The translations under genes were made by a program, and so were the position numbers. Shown here piece after piece: positions 1-9,355 of a stretch of 43,214 nt of DNA. The stretch covers positions 1-43,214 of the forward strand of contig MEWW01000017.1 in assembly GCA_001775475.1 (NCBI GenBank), in the 5' to 3' direction. Under the pieces are notes generated by a model. The model was given only the letters and a program-made list of their open reading frames with translations. It did not search any database and had not been told where the DNA came from. This DNA is from Candidatus Adlerbacteria bacterium RIFCSPHIGHO2_12_FULL_53_18. GTDB lineage: Bacteria; Patescibacteriota; Minisyncoccia; Phycocordibacterales; SBAW01. How positions within the stretch are numbered: the stretch's first letter is position 1; each line of letters opens with the position of its first letter.

Positions 1-86
1 TCTGCCAGTACTGCGTGCTATCGGCGGCTATTACCGCTCTGCTGTTTGGCGTGGCACTTTGGCATGTACGCTCTAGCGGTACCTAG
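1..86 (+). CDS. 3' end of a vitamin K epoxide reductase (VKOR)-family membrane protein (partial)
   Basis: Frame 3 reads CQYCVLSAAITALLFGVALWHVRSSGT* (TAG at 84-86). A CxxC followed by a hydrophobic helix is typical of the VKOR C-terminus. Not in the ORF track. Confidence 0.6.
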   Translation, partial: CQYCVLSAAITALLFGVALWHVRSSGT

Positions 87-837
87 GTCTTCGCATGCGT
101 TTGTAGAGCCGCCAGAGGAAGTAAAAGAAGGCGATTGCCAGCACGGGGTAGAAAATACCCGCATTGTTCAACAACCACTTGAGTGCCGAAAATAGATAGA
201 GGAGCAGTGTTGCAACTAACCCCATCACCGTGCCTGCTATGCCGCTCGTCTCGGAGCTCTCGCCCGCGACTTCTCCCTGACCCGCTTTTGTTTTTGCCCA
301 CGCTTCACCTGTCTCAAGCGCTCTTACCCCTTTTTCTCGCAGTGAGTCTATCGTTCCAAATACCGGCGCCGCGGCGCTTGCTGCCTGAGGTGAGATGCCC
401 GCAATAGTTTCTTGTATCCCTTTGGAGGACTCGACGCTTGTCGATGCCGCGGCTTCTTCTTCAGTATCCGCTTCAGGCCGCTCCTCAATCACAAAGGTTG
501 CGCTCGCACTTTCCACAACCGTGCCGTCGCCGGCAGTAAGCTCGGCTGTCACAGAGTGCGAGCCCTTCGCAGGCTGCCACGAAACGGAAGTTGCCTCCGC
601 GCCGCCGGGCGGCAGAGTGACGGCGACAGCTCCTATCCGCACATCGCCGTCTTTAAACACCACTTCGCCCGCAAATGCAGCATCGCTGTCGTTCGTTACG
701 ATGGCATGAATAAACACCGTCTCGCCCTCGGTAACGGGGCTTTTGGAGAGAAACAGAGACTCTTTGGCAAAGCCGGCTGCACCCGCAGCAAGGGGAGTAA
801 TCAACAATAAACCAAGCAAAATAGATCTAAACCACAT
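73..837 (-). CDS. Secreted/membrane-anchored protein with CARDB-like Ig domain
   Basis: Signal peptide, PVTEGETVFIHAIVTN...W..KGSH Ig-like segment, C-terminal TM helices and basic tail. Confidence 0.7.
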   Translation of the reverse strand: MWFRSILLGLLLITPLAAGAAGFAKESLFLSKSPVTEGETVFIHAIVTNDSDAAFAGEVVFKDGDVRIGAVAVTLPPGGAEATSVSWQPAKGSHSVTAELTAGDGTVVESASATFVIEERPEADTEEEAAASTSVESSKGIQETIAGISPQAASAAAPVFGTIDSLREKGVRALETGEAWAKTKAGQGEVAGESSETSGIAGTVMGLVATLLLYLFSALKWLLNNAGIFYPVLAIAFFYFLWRLYKRMRRPRYR

Positions 838-851
838 GCTAGTATTATACT

Positions 852-1898
852 ATGGACTTTTTTTGGGAAAGGCTGAGGGGATTATTCAGAAAAATACACG
901 GTTACGTTATCCCTACCAGACACAACGCGTATCGTCCCCGCCTTCTCCATACCTCCTGGCTCATCTTCTTTTTAGCGTTGATACTTACGTCCGAGGCGGT
1001 GCTTCTTACCAACGTTTTTGCGGGGCAGTCGGCGCGAGATTACCTTGCGGCAGTGCTGCCGCTCGACATTGTCGAGCTTACCAACCTTGAGCGAGGTTTT
1101 AACAATGTAGCGACCGTCAAGGAAAACTCGCAACTCACTGCCGCCGCCGAGGCCAAGGCGCGTGACATGGCAGAAAAAAGCTACTTTGCCCATACGGGTC
1201 CCGACGGCAAAGAGCCGTGGGCGTGGATTAACGAGGCCGGCTATCGCTACGGCGCCGCGGGAGAAAATCTGGCCGTGCGCTTTAACGAGTCTGCCGACGT
1301 AGTTGAAGCATGGATGGCTTCACCGGGCCATCGTGCCAATATGGTTAAACCTACATACTCGGAGATCGGTGTTGGCGTAGCACAGGGCGTATACAAGGGC
1401 GCGCCTGCGATGTTTGTGGTGCAGTACTTTGGCAGACCCTCAGCCGCTGCCACCGCGGCGCAAACCGCTGTGGTGCCTGCAGTGGAAGAGCAGTCGCCGC
1501 AGGTGTTGGGTGCCGCGGCCGAAGCGCAGGCTAAAGAAGATGCCGTTAAACTTGTCGCGGGCGTGGGTGCGGTCCCTACCGTGCAAGCGTTTAGTATCTT
1601 GGCCGGAGCCGCCGCGTTTATGATTGTTATAGTGCTTCTTACGTTTGTAGTAAATCCGCAGGTCCAGCCGGTCGACCTCCTGCTTGGCGGCGGAGGTGTT
1701 GCTGTGGTTGCCGTGGCACTGCTTATACTCAACTTTTCGTTTGTCGGGCCGGTTATCAACACGCCGCAGGCGGCGAGTGTTATCGGTGCCACACAGCCCG
1801 GCGTTCTTGTTGGCGAGGACGGCGCGTTTACTCCTCTCGAAAATGAGGGGATAGAGGACTTGCCTCCGGCAGACACGGAGGGTACGCTAAACTCATGA
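852..1898 (+). CDS. CAP/SCP domain membrane protein
   Basis: LTNLER, KARDMAEKSYFAH, AGENLA, AWMASPGHRANM and EIGVG motifs; flanking TM helices. Confidence 0.9.
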   Translation: MDFFWERLRGLFRKIHGYVIPTRHNAYRPRLLHTSWLIFFLALILTSEAVLLTNVFAGQSARDYLAAVLPLDIVELTNLERGFNNVATVKENSQLTAAAEAKARDMAEKSYFAHTGPDGKEPWAWINEAGYRYGAAGENLAVRFNESADVVEAWMASPGHRANMVKPTYSEIGVGVAQGVYKGAPAMFVVQYFGRPSAAATAAQTAVVPAVEEQSPQVLGAAAEAQAKEDAVKLVAGVGAVPTVQAFSILAGAAAFMIVIVLLTFVVNPQVQPVDLLLGGGGVAVVAVALLILNFSFVGPVINTPQAASVIGATQPGVLVGEDGAFTPLENEGIEDLPPADTEGTLNS

Positions 1899-2350
1899 GT
1901 AACAAACAATTTACGGCAGGAGTGGCGGTGGTAGCGGCGGTCGCGGTCGTACTTCTCTTTTTTGTGTTTGGCAATCCGTTTGCAGCGGTCGAGCAAGGGC
2001 TCACGGCAAATACGATAGGCAGCGTGGGGGGCCAGCTCCTCGTACAGGACGAGGTTGTTGGTACCGGAGCGGAGGCCTCGATAGGCAGCATCGTCTCAGT
2101 GCACTACACCGGCATGTTTCAGGACGGTGCGGTGTTTGACAGCTCGGAGGGCGGTCAGCCGTTCCAGTTTGTGATAGGGGCGGGGCAGGTGATACCGGGG
2201 TGGGACCAGGGCCTGCAGGGTATGAGGGTCGGCGGTACGCGGCTCCTTGTTATCCCGCCCGACCTCGCTTACGGTGCACAAGGCTACGGACCGATACCGC
2301 CAAACGCAACACTCGTATTTGAAGTTGAGTTGATTGCTATTGAAGAGTAA
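1895..2350 (+). CDS. FKBP-type peptidyl-prolyl cis-trans isomerase
   Basis: VHYTG, FDSS, VIPGWDQG, LAYG and IPPNATLVFEVEL motifs; N-terminal anchor; ATGA overlap with the upstream gene. Confidence 0.95.
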   Translation: MSNKQFTAGVAVVAAVAVVLLFFVFGNPFAAVEQGLTANTIGSVGGQLLVQDEVVGTGAEASIGSIVSVHYTGMFQDGAVFDSSEGGQPFQFVIGAGQVIPGWDQGLQGMRVGGTRLLVIPPDLAYGAQGYGPIPPNATLVFEVELIAIEE

Positions 2351-2369
2351 CGAAGGCACACTTCGTCCG

Positions 2370-3623
2370 ATGCGTCCGATTTCGTTTGAGATAACAAAAA
2401 GTGCCGGCCCGCTCTCTAGGGCCGGTGTTTTGTACACTCCGCATGGGGCTATCGAGACGCCTGCGTTTGTGGCCGTTGCCACCAAAGCCAACGTCAAAGG
2501 AGTACCTTCAACCGCGTTTCAGGCGCTTGGCGTACAAGGGATAATTGCCAACACCTACCACCTCTACCTCTCCGGGCTCGAGGCTATTGAAAAAGCCGGC
2601 GGGGTGGGGAAGTTTATGGCTTTTAGCGGCCCCACCATGACCGACTCGGGGGGATTCCAGGTATTTTCGCTGGGAGTGGGGTTTGGCAAAAAAATATCAA
2701 AGTTCCTTCCGGAGGAGAACCCTTTTCTCCGGAGAGATGAACGGCACTCCTCCGAAAAGGGTTCTCCTCCTCCAGCAGTTTGGGATGAGGATTTGGCAAC
2801 AAGCCATGGCAAGCTCGCAATTATAGATGAAGAAGGAGTTTCCTTTACCTCTCACCTCGATGGCACCCTGCATCGCTTTACCCCCGAGCGCTCAGTTGAA
2901 ATACAACACCAGCTTGGCGCCGACATTATTTTTGCCTTCGACGAGTGCACCGCCCCCGATGCCGAGTACGACTACCAAAAAGAGGCGATGGACCGGACGC
3001 ACCGGTGGGCGGAGCGCTCTCTCAAAGCGCACCGACAGAACGTACAGAAAAACAATGAACAAGGAATCTACGGCATCGTACAAGGAGGGCGGTATGCCGA
3101 CTTGCGTGTGCAAAGTGCCAAAGAAATTGCGGGGATGGACTTTGACGGCTTTGGCATTGGTGGTTCTTTCAGCAAACAGGATATTTTAGGGATTTTAGAT
3201 AAGGTCAACAACGAACTACCAAAAGAAAAGCCGCGGCATTTGCTTGGCATCGGCGAGCCCGAAGATATTTTTATCGGCGTTGCCGCAGGCTGTGATACGT
3301 TTGACTGTGTCTTGCCAACTCGCAACGGCCGCACGGGCGGCATCTATACGCGCGGGGGTAAGATTCAAATTCCAAACGCCGAGTACAGAGAAGACTTTTT
3401 GCCGCTCGACAAAGGCTGCGGGTGTCCAGTATGCCAGACGTACACCCGCGCCTACGTTCACCACCTTTTTCGCACCAAAGAGTTGCTCGGGCCCGTGCTT
3501 GCCAGCCAGCACAACCTCTACTTTTTGACCAACCTCGCCAAACAGATTCGTAATGCGCTCCTTGACGGAACATTCGAAAAGTTTCGGGATGATTTTTTGG
3601 CAAAGTATCGGTTGACGAAGTAG
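2370..3623 (+). CDS. tgt: Queuine tRNA-ribosyltransferase
   Basis: TPHG..ETP, NTYHL, TDSGGFQ, GIVQGG, FDCVLPTRNGR and CxCxxC motifs. Start set at ATG 2370. Confidence 0.95.
   Translation: MRPISFEITKSAGPLSRAGVLYTPHGAIETPAFVAVATKANVKGVPSTAFQALGVQGIIANTYHLYLSGLEAIEKAGGVGKFMAFSGPTMTDSGGFQVFSLGVGFGKKISKFLPEENPFLRRDERHSSEKGSPPPAVWDEDLATSHGKLAIIDEEGVSFTSHLDGTLHRFTPERSVEIQHQLGADIIFAFDECTAPDAEYDYQKEAMDRTHRWAERSLKAHRQNVQKNNEQGIYGIVQGGRYADLRVQSAKEIAGMDFDGFGIGGSFSKQDILGILDKVNNELPKEKPRHLLGIGEPEDIFIGVAAGCDTFDCVLPTRNGRTGGIYTRGGKIQIPNAEYREDFLPLDKGCGCPVCQTYTRAYVHHLFRTKELLGPVLASQHNLYFLTNLAKQIRNALLDGTFEKFRDDFLAKYRLTK
2711..2770. repeat. In-frame palindromic element inside tgt
   Basis: Perfect 17-bp inverted repeat GGAGGAGAACCCTTTTC (2711-2727) / GAAAAGGGTTCTCCTCC (2754-2770), inner stem GGAG/CTCC around loop AGATGAACGGCA, TCC on both flanks. 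Confidence 0.85.
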
Positions 3624-3639
3624 GGTATGAGGCTATAGT
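3612..3639 (+). promoter_or_regulatory. Sigma70-type promoter of the intergenic RNA
   Basis: TTGACG (3612-3617), 16 nt, TATAGT (3634-3639). Confidence 0.6.
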
Positions 3640-3644
3640 GAAGA

Positions 3645-3799
3645 AGTTGGCTGATCTTTGATTCGGTTTTTCCTCCCTCCGGGTTGGAGGTTAGCCGACT
3701 GTTCCCCTCTGGAAGGTGTTTGCCGTTCAGGTTGTTGACGCGGCAAGAACTGCCGGGTTTCACTTCGCGCGTTGCGATTTGGACCCGGCAACTTTTTTT
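3645..3799 (+). ncRNA. Candidate structured small RNA, family unknown
   Basis: 22-bp stem with 8 G-U pairs (3645-3666/3679-3700), branched domain 3701-3750, terminator stem 3751-3760/3781-3790 plus T7. Confidence 0.65.
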
Positions 3800-3819
3800 A
3801 AATCTGCTAAAGTAACCGG

Positions 3820-5844
3820 GTGGCCGATTTTAAAATCAAATCAAAGTACAAGCCCGCCGGCGACCAACCGAAGGCTATTTCAGCTTTAGTTAAGGGTCTT
3901 AAGGCGGGGGAGCGCCACCAAACCCTGCTCGGCGTCACCGGCTCCGGTAAGACCTTTACCGTTGCCAATGTTATAGAGGCGCTGCAGCGGCCGACCCTGG
4001 TTATCGCCCACAACAAAACGCTTGCGGCGCAGCTGGCGCAGGAGTATCGCGAGTTTTTCCCCGATGCGGCGGTGCACTACTTTGTCTCCTACTACGACTA
4101 CTACCAACCAGAAGCCTATATTCCGCACAGCGATACCTATGTTGAAAAAGAAGCGCAGATAAACGAAGAAATTGAGCGCCTGCGCCATGCCTCTACCCAA
4201 GCGCTCTTAACGCGTAAGGATGTGATTGTAGTCGCGTCGGTCTCGTGCATCTACGGCCTCGGCAACCCGGCAGAGTATGCTAAGTACCTGGTTGAGCTTA
4301 AGGTAGGGCAGAAGAAAAACCGCGCCGAGCTTATCCGCGAGCTTATCCATTTGTATTTTACGCGCACGACTGCCGATCTAACGCCGGGCGAGTTTAGAGC
4401 GCTCGGCAACTCGGTCGAAATACAGCCCGCCGGCGAGCGTGTGATCTACCGGATTGAGTTTGAAGGAGAAACAATTGCGAAAATCAGGATTATAGATGCG
4501 ATTACGCGGGTGGAGCGGGAGGAGAAGCAGTCGCTCACCCTATTCCCCGGCAAACACTACGTGACGCCGGAAGACGAAACGAAGCGCGCGATGGGGGAGA
4601 TTAAGCACGAACTTAAAGAGCAGTTGCTGAAGTTTGAACGGCAGGGCAAGGTGCTGGAGGCCGAGCGGCTCAAGCGTCGCACCAACCACGACCTGGCACT
4701 TATACGCGAGCTTGGCTACTGCAACGGGATAGAAAACTACTCAAGACACTTCGACGGTAGAGCGCCCGGCGAGCCCGCGTATTCGCTTTTAGACTACTTC
4801 CCGAAAGACTTTTTGACTATCATAGACGAGAGCCACGTCACCGTGCCGCAGATAGGCGGTATGTATGCTGGCGACCGCGCGCGCAAGGAAAATCTGATTG
4901 AGTACGGCTTCCGCCTGCCTTCTGCGGTCGACAATCGGCCGCTCATGTTCGAAGAGTTTGAAAAAAAAGTCGGGCAGGTTATATACACTTCTGCGACTCC
5001 GGGGCCTTATGAACGCGAAAAATCGGGCAAGCATATCGTCGAGCAGATTATCCGCCCGACCGGCCTGGTTGACCCACAAATAGATGTACGGCCTGTCATA
5101 GGCAAAGACGGCGTGAAAAGCCAGGTCGAAGACGTACTTGAGGAAGCGACAAGTACCATAGACCGTGGCGCGCGAGTGCTTATTACGACCCTCACCAAAA
5201 AAATGGCCGAAGACTTATCAGAGTTTCTTAAAGACCGGGGCTACAAAGCAGCCTATCTCCACAGCGACATTGAGACCCTGGAGCGGATTACAACTTTAAC
5301 CGACCTGCGTAAGGGTACGTACGACGTGTTGGTGGGCGTTAACCTCCTGCGAGAGGGGCTGGACTTGCCGGAGGTGGAGCTGGTGGCGATTTTAGACGCC
5401 GACAAAGAGGGCTTTTTGCGCAGCGAGGTGTCCCTGATACAAACTATTGGCCGCGCGGCGCGCAACGTGGCGGGGCGAGTCATCCTTTATGCCGACCAGG
5501 AAACGCCCTCGCTTAAAAAGGCGGTCGGGGAGACCAACCGACGCCGCGCGGTGCAGGTTGCCTACAACAAAGAGCACGGCATCACGCCACAAACTATAAA
5601 GAAGAACATCAAAGACATTACCGAAGAGCTCCGGAGCGAACACGGCAAGGCGGTGCAAGAGATGATTACGATTGAGCAGAAGCTCTACAAAGAAAACCCG
5701 CGCAAATTCTTGAGCGAAAAACGCACCCAGATGGCCGAGGCGGTCAAAAACCTCGACTTCGAAACTGCAGCTTTAATCCGTGATGAAATTTATGCTCTGA
5801 CGGGAAGGGAAAAGAAGAAAACCGCTAGTAGACGCGCTAAATAA
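3820..5844 (+). CDS. uvrB: Excinuclease ABC subunit B
   Basis: GDQP, GVTGSGKT, YYDYYQPEAY, DESH, QTIGRAARN and C-terminal UVR motif. Confidence 0.98.
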   Translation: MADFKIKSKYKPAGDQPKAISALVKGLKAGERHQTLLGVTGSGKTFTVANVIEALQRPTLVIAHNKTLAAQLAQEYREFFPDAAVHYFVSYYDYYQPEAYIPHSDTYVEKEAQINEEIERLRHASTQALLTRKDVIVVASVSCIYGLGNPAEYAKYLVELKVGQKKNRAELIRELIHLYFTRTTADLTPGEFRALGNSVEIQPAGERVIYRIEFEGETIAKIRIIDAITRVEREEKQSLTLFPGKHYVTPEDETKRAMGEIKHELKEQLLKFERQGKVLEAERLKRRTNHDLALIRELGYCNGIENYSRHFDGRAPGEPAYSLLDYFPKDFLTIIDESHVTVPQIGGMYAGDRARKENLIEYGFRLPSAVDNRPLMFEEFEKKVGQVIYTSATPGPYEREKSGKHIVEQIIRPTGLVDPQIDVRPVIGKDGVKSQVEDVLEEATSTIDRGARVLITTLTKKMAEDLSEFLKDRGYKAAYLHSDIETLERITTLTDLRKGTYDVLVGVNLLREGLDLPEVELVAILDADKEGFLRSEVSLIQTIGRAARNVAGRVILYADQETPSLKKAVGETNRRRAVQVAYNKEHGITPQTIKKNIKDITEELRSEHGKAVQEMITIEQKLYKENPRKFLSEKRTQMAEAVKNLDFETAALIRDEIYALTGREKKKTASRRAK

Positions 5845-5874
5845 TTTTAGCTACTCTACATTTTTGGCTAATGG

Positions 5875-5909
5875 CTCCGGGCGGCGCGGCAGCTGCCCGG
5901 AGATTTTTT
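5875..5909 (+). terminator. Intrinsic terminator after uvrB
   Basis: CTCCGGGCGGC/GCTGCCCGGAG stem followed by ATTTTTT. Confidence 0.7.
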
Positions 5910-5952
5910 ATGCTATTATTAGATAAACAAATCAATACATTTTTTAGGGACT

Positions 5953-6393
5953 ATGATACCAAAAAAAATCGTAGCAGTGTCAGGAGGTTTTGATCCTATA
6001 CATATTGGGCACGTACGCATGCTTGAAGAGGCCAAAAAGCTCGGCGACGAGCTTGTGGTTATACTCAACAACGACCACTGGCTTGTAAACAAAAAGGGTT
6101 TTGCGTTTATGCCGGAGCATGAGCGCAAGGAGGTGATAGAGGCAATTAAACATGTCGATCGCGTTATAATTTCTGACCATACGCTCGGCGATGAAGACCG
6201 CAGCGTTTGCCGTATCTTGCGCGACCTTAGACCCCATATTTTTGCAAACGGAGGCGACCGCAAACCAGATGGCGACCCGGTGCCTGAGGTAATGCTTTGT
6301 GAAGAACTTGGCATTGAGATGATTTATAACGTAGGTCGCGACGGCAAGGTGCAGTCGAGCTCGTGGCTCACCGAGCGCGTGAAGAAAAAGTAG
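5953..6393 (+). CDS. Cytidylyltransferase-family protein (HIGH; glycerol-3-phosphate cytidylyltransferase-like)
   Basis: GGFDPIHIGH, ERKEVI, ANGGDR and SSS motifs. Confidence 0.85.
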   Translation: MIPKKIVAVSGGFDPIHIGHVRMLEEAKKLGDELVVILNNDHWLVNKKGFAFMPEHERKEVIEAIKHVDRVIISDHTLGDEDRSVCRILRDLRPHIFANGGDRKPDGDPVPEVMLCEELGIEMIYNVGRDGKVQSSSWLTERVKKK

Positions 6394-6461
6394 TTTTGTG
6401 CTATATTTAAGTTGTGTATAGGTACCCCCCAGAGCAGCTGCGGGGGATTTATCGCGTATAT

Positions 6462-9041
6462 ATGCAAGACTCGATCAACATCAAAGGGGCTAAGACCCAC
6501 AATTTAAAAAACATCTCGTTGACGATACCTCGCAATAAGATGGTCATTTTTACGGGGCTTTCCGGCAGCGGCAAGTCTTCTTTGGCGTTCGACACCATTT
6601 TTGCCGAGGGCCAGCGCCGCTACGTCGAGAGCCTTTCTGCCTATGCCCGCCAGTTCCTCCGCCAGATGCAGAAGCCCGATGTCGAGGAGATTACCGGCCT
6701 CTCTCCGGCGATTTCTATCGATCAAAAAAGCCGCTCCAACAACCCGCGCTCAACCGTGGCGACCATTACAGAGATTTACGACTATCTGCGCGTCTTGTAT
6801 GCCCGTGTGGGCAAGCCGCACTGTCCGGTGTGCGGCCGCGAAATAAAAAAGCACTCAAACGAAGAGATTATCCAAAGCGTTATCCAAAGCGTTACAAAAA
6901 ATGCGCCCAAAAAGACCAAGAAAGTAATGGGAGTTGAAATTAATGAGGACACCGTGCGCATTTTTGCGCCGGTTGTCGTGGGCCGCAAAGGCGAGTACTA
7001 CCAGCTCTTATACGACTTGCTGGGCAAGGGGTTTGAGAAGGCCAAGATCGACGGCGAGATTAAAAGCTTGCGTGAGCGGGTTACACTCTCTAAGTATAAA
7101 AAGCACGACATTGATGCCCTAGTAGACGAAATTTTGGTAACCGACTTCGCAAAGCAGAAACAAGCCGCACTCGAGCGCCTCTCTGAGGCGGTAGAGCGCG
7201 CTCTCCACGAGAGCGACGGGTTGGTAAAGATAGAGGACACACAGGGCTCGCGGCTTATATCGGCCAAGTTTATGTGCCCGTATGACGGGTTTTCTTTCCC
7301 CGAAGTGGAGCCGCGGCTTTTCTCCTTTAACTCACCCTACGGCGCTTGCCCCGAGTGCAACGGCCTCGGCACCAAGCACTTTATGGGCTCGGAGCCGTGC
7401 CCCGTATGCAAGGGCGCGAGGCTCCGCCCGGAGGCGCTCAATGTCTGGCTAGGAGAAAAAATAAACATTGTAGACGTCTCTTCGCTTTCTATAAAAGACG
7501 CCTACGACTTTTTTGACAAACTAAAACTTTCCAAAAAAGATCAGGAGATTTCGAAGTCCGTAATCAGGGAAATCACCTCGCGGCTAAGGTTTATGCTCAA
7601 CGTGGGGCTCGACTACCTCACCCTCGACCGTCGCGCCAACACGCTCTCCGGCGGCGAAGCGCAGCGCATAAGGCTCGCCAGCCAGCTCGGGAGTGGCCTC
7701 GTGGGTGCGCTCTACGTCTTGGACGAGCCGACCATCGGCCTCCATCAACGCGACAACGAGCGGCTGATTAAAACCCTTCTCAACCTGCGCGACCTTGGCA
7801 ACACCATTTTAGTCGTCGAGCACGACGAGGACACTATTTACTCGGGCGACTACCTGGTGGACATCGGTCCGGGCGCCGGTATCCACGGCGGCGAGATAGT
7901 CGTTGCGGGCGAGCTCGACAAGCTCTTAACCGCTAAAAAAAACGATAGCGGCTCTGTTACACTCGCGTACCTGCGCGGAGAGAAGGCAATAGCGGTGCCT
8001 GAAGAGCGTCGCGAGAAAGACAAAGGGTTTTTAAAAATTGCTGGTGGCAAGGCGTACAATATCGAAAATTTGAACTGCGAAGTGCCGCTTGGACGTACGG
8101 TTGCCGTAACCGGTGTCTCGGGCTCGGGGAAGTCGACGTTTCTCTACGATATCTTGTACGAAAACCTGCGTGCCCGTTTTGACAAGCGTTACCGCACCAA
8201 CAAGGTTTACAATGCGGCGCGCTTTGAGGGCACGGAGCACCTTTCGCGCGCGATTTTGATTGACCAAAGCCCTATCGGCCGCACGCCTCGTAGCAACCCG
8301 GCAACCTATACCGGTGCCTTTACCTTTGTACGAGACCTTTTTGCCGAAACCGCCGAGGCGCGGGCGCGCGGATGGAAGTCTAACCGCTTTTCCTTTAACG
8401 TGCCGCAGGCACGCGGAGGTGGGCGTTGTGAGGCGTGCGAGGGCAACGGTGTTATCGCGGTTGAGATGTCCTTTTTGCCCACGGTCTACGTTACCTGTGA
8501 CCTCTGCAACGGGAAGCGTTTTATGAAAGAAACCCTGGAAGTGAAGTACAAGAAGAAAAACATTTATGATATTTTGGAGATGTCTATCGAGGAGGCAATT
8601 GCGTTCTTTCAGGACATACCTGCGATTTATGACCGGCTCCGCACGCTCGAAGAGGTGGGGCTGGGCTACTTGAAGCTCGGGCAAAGCGCCACGACCCTTT
8701 CCGGCGGCGAAGCACAGCGGGTGAAAATCTCTTCCGAGCTCTACAAGCCGCACCTGCAAAAAACTATTTATCTTCTTGATGAGCCGACGGTTGGTCTGCA
8801 CTACGAAGACGTGCAAAAGTTGATAGACATCCTGAATCGCCTGGTCAATGCCGGCAACTCTGTCGTGCTTATCGAGCACAACATGGACATTATTAAAAAC
8901 GCCGACTGGCTCCTCGACTTCGGCCCCGAGGGTGGGGTAGGGGGTGGCAAGCTCGTTGCTAAGGGGACGCCGGAAATGATAGCAAACAGCAAACACTCAC
9001 ATACAGGAAAATATTTGAAGCGGGTGTTAGGAGGAAAATAG
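6462..9041 (+). CDS. uvrA: Excinuclease ABC subunit A
   Basis: Two Walker A motifs (GLSGSGKS, GVSGSGKS), two LSGGEAQR signatures, zinc fingers. Start at MQDSINIKGA (6462). Confidence 0.97.
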   Translation: MQDSINIKGAKTHNLKNISLTIPRNKMVIFTGLSGSGKSSLAFDTIFAEGQRRYVESLSAYARQFLRQMQKPDVEEITGLSPAISIDQKSRSNNPRSTVATITEIYDYLRVLYARVGKPHCPVCGREIKKHSNEEIIQSVIQSVTKNAPKKTKKVMGVEINEDTVRIFAPVVVGRKGEYYQLLYDLLGKGFEKAKIDGEIKSLRERVTLSKYKKHDIDALVDEILVTDFAKQKQAALERLSEAVERALHESDGLVKIEDTQGSRLISAKFMCPYDGFSFPEVEPRLFSFNSPYGACPECNGLGTKHFMGSEPCPVCKGARLRPEALNVWLGEKINIVDVSSLSIKDAYDFFDKLKLSKKDQEISKSVIREITSRLRFMLNVGLDYLTLDRRANTLSGGEAQRIRLASQLGSGLVGALYVLDEPTIGLHQRDNERLIKTLLNLRDLGNTILVVEHDEDTIYSGDYLVDIGPGAGIHGGEIVVAGELDKLLTAKKNDSGSVTLAYLRGEKAIAVPEERREKDKGFLKIAGGKAYNIENLNCEVPLGRTVAVTGVSGSGKSTFLYDILYENLRARFDKRYRTNKVYNAARFEGTEHLSRAILIDQSPIGRTPRSNPATYTGAFTFVRDLFAETAEARARGWKSNRFSFNVPQARGGGRCEACEGNGVIAVEMSFLPTVYVTCDLCNGKRFMKETLEVKYKKKNIYDILEMSIEEAIAFFQDIPAIYDRLRTLEEVGLGYLKLGQSATTLSGGEAQRVKISSELYKPHLQKTIYLLDEPTVGLHYEDVQKLIDILNRLVNAGNSVVLIEHNMDIIKNADWLLDFGPEGGVGGGKLVAKGTPEMIANSKHSHTGKYLKRVLGGK

Positions 9042-9072
9042 AAAAGAGCCGGCGGATTCCGGCTCTTCGTTC
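9042..9072. terminator. Terminator between convergent uvrA and small ORF
   Basis: AAGAGCCGG/CCGGCTCTT stem with A-rich and T-rich flanks. Confidence 0.65.
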
Positions 9073-9084
9073 TGCATGAGCAGT

Positions 9085-9270
9085 TCAGGCATGCAATTCA
9101 GAATCTCCCTGTTCCTGCGCCTGAAGTGCTTTTTTTGCCTTCCGCCATATTCGTGCGGGCTTCTTCTCCCGCAGAAGTTCTTGGCGGCGCTTCCGAATCA
9201 TTGCTGAGGTCGGCTCTCGCCCAAAAGGTTGGCGAAAAGCAATCTCTGCGACATCTTTTTTGATGCTCAT
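9085..9270 (-). CDS. Small basic hypothetical protein
   Basis: MSIKKDVAEIAF... with GGGAG upstream and a terminator downstream. Confidence 0.5.
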   Translation of the reverse strand: MSIKKDVAEIAFRQPFGREPTSAMIRKRRQELLREKKPARIWRKAKKALQAQEQGDSELHA

Positions 9271-9355
9271 GACATGTGCTCCCGTTATGGTGAAGTGAAG
9301 ACCAAATTCATACACAAAGTATCACTCTTATGGTACAATGTCAAATATAGCCTCT

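Noticed and set aside
1247-1996. 249-aa minus-strand ORF
   Set aside because: Antisense shadow of the CAP-domain gene; no motifs.
6868-6894. 12-bp tandem duplication TTATCCAAAGCG in uvrA (IQSV x2), DnaA-box-like
   Set aside because: Two units only, in frame, in a variable region; simple slippage explains it.
8031-8996. 321-aa minus-strand ORF
   Set aside because: Antisense to uvrA; a codon-bias artefact.
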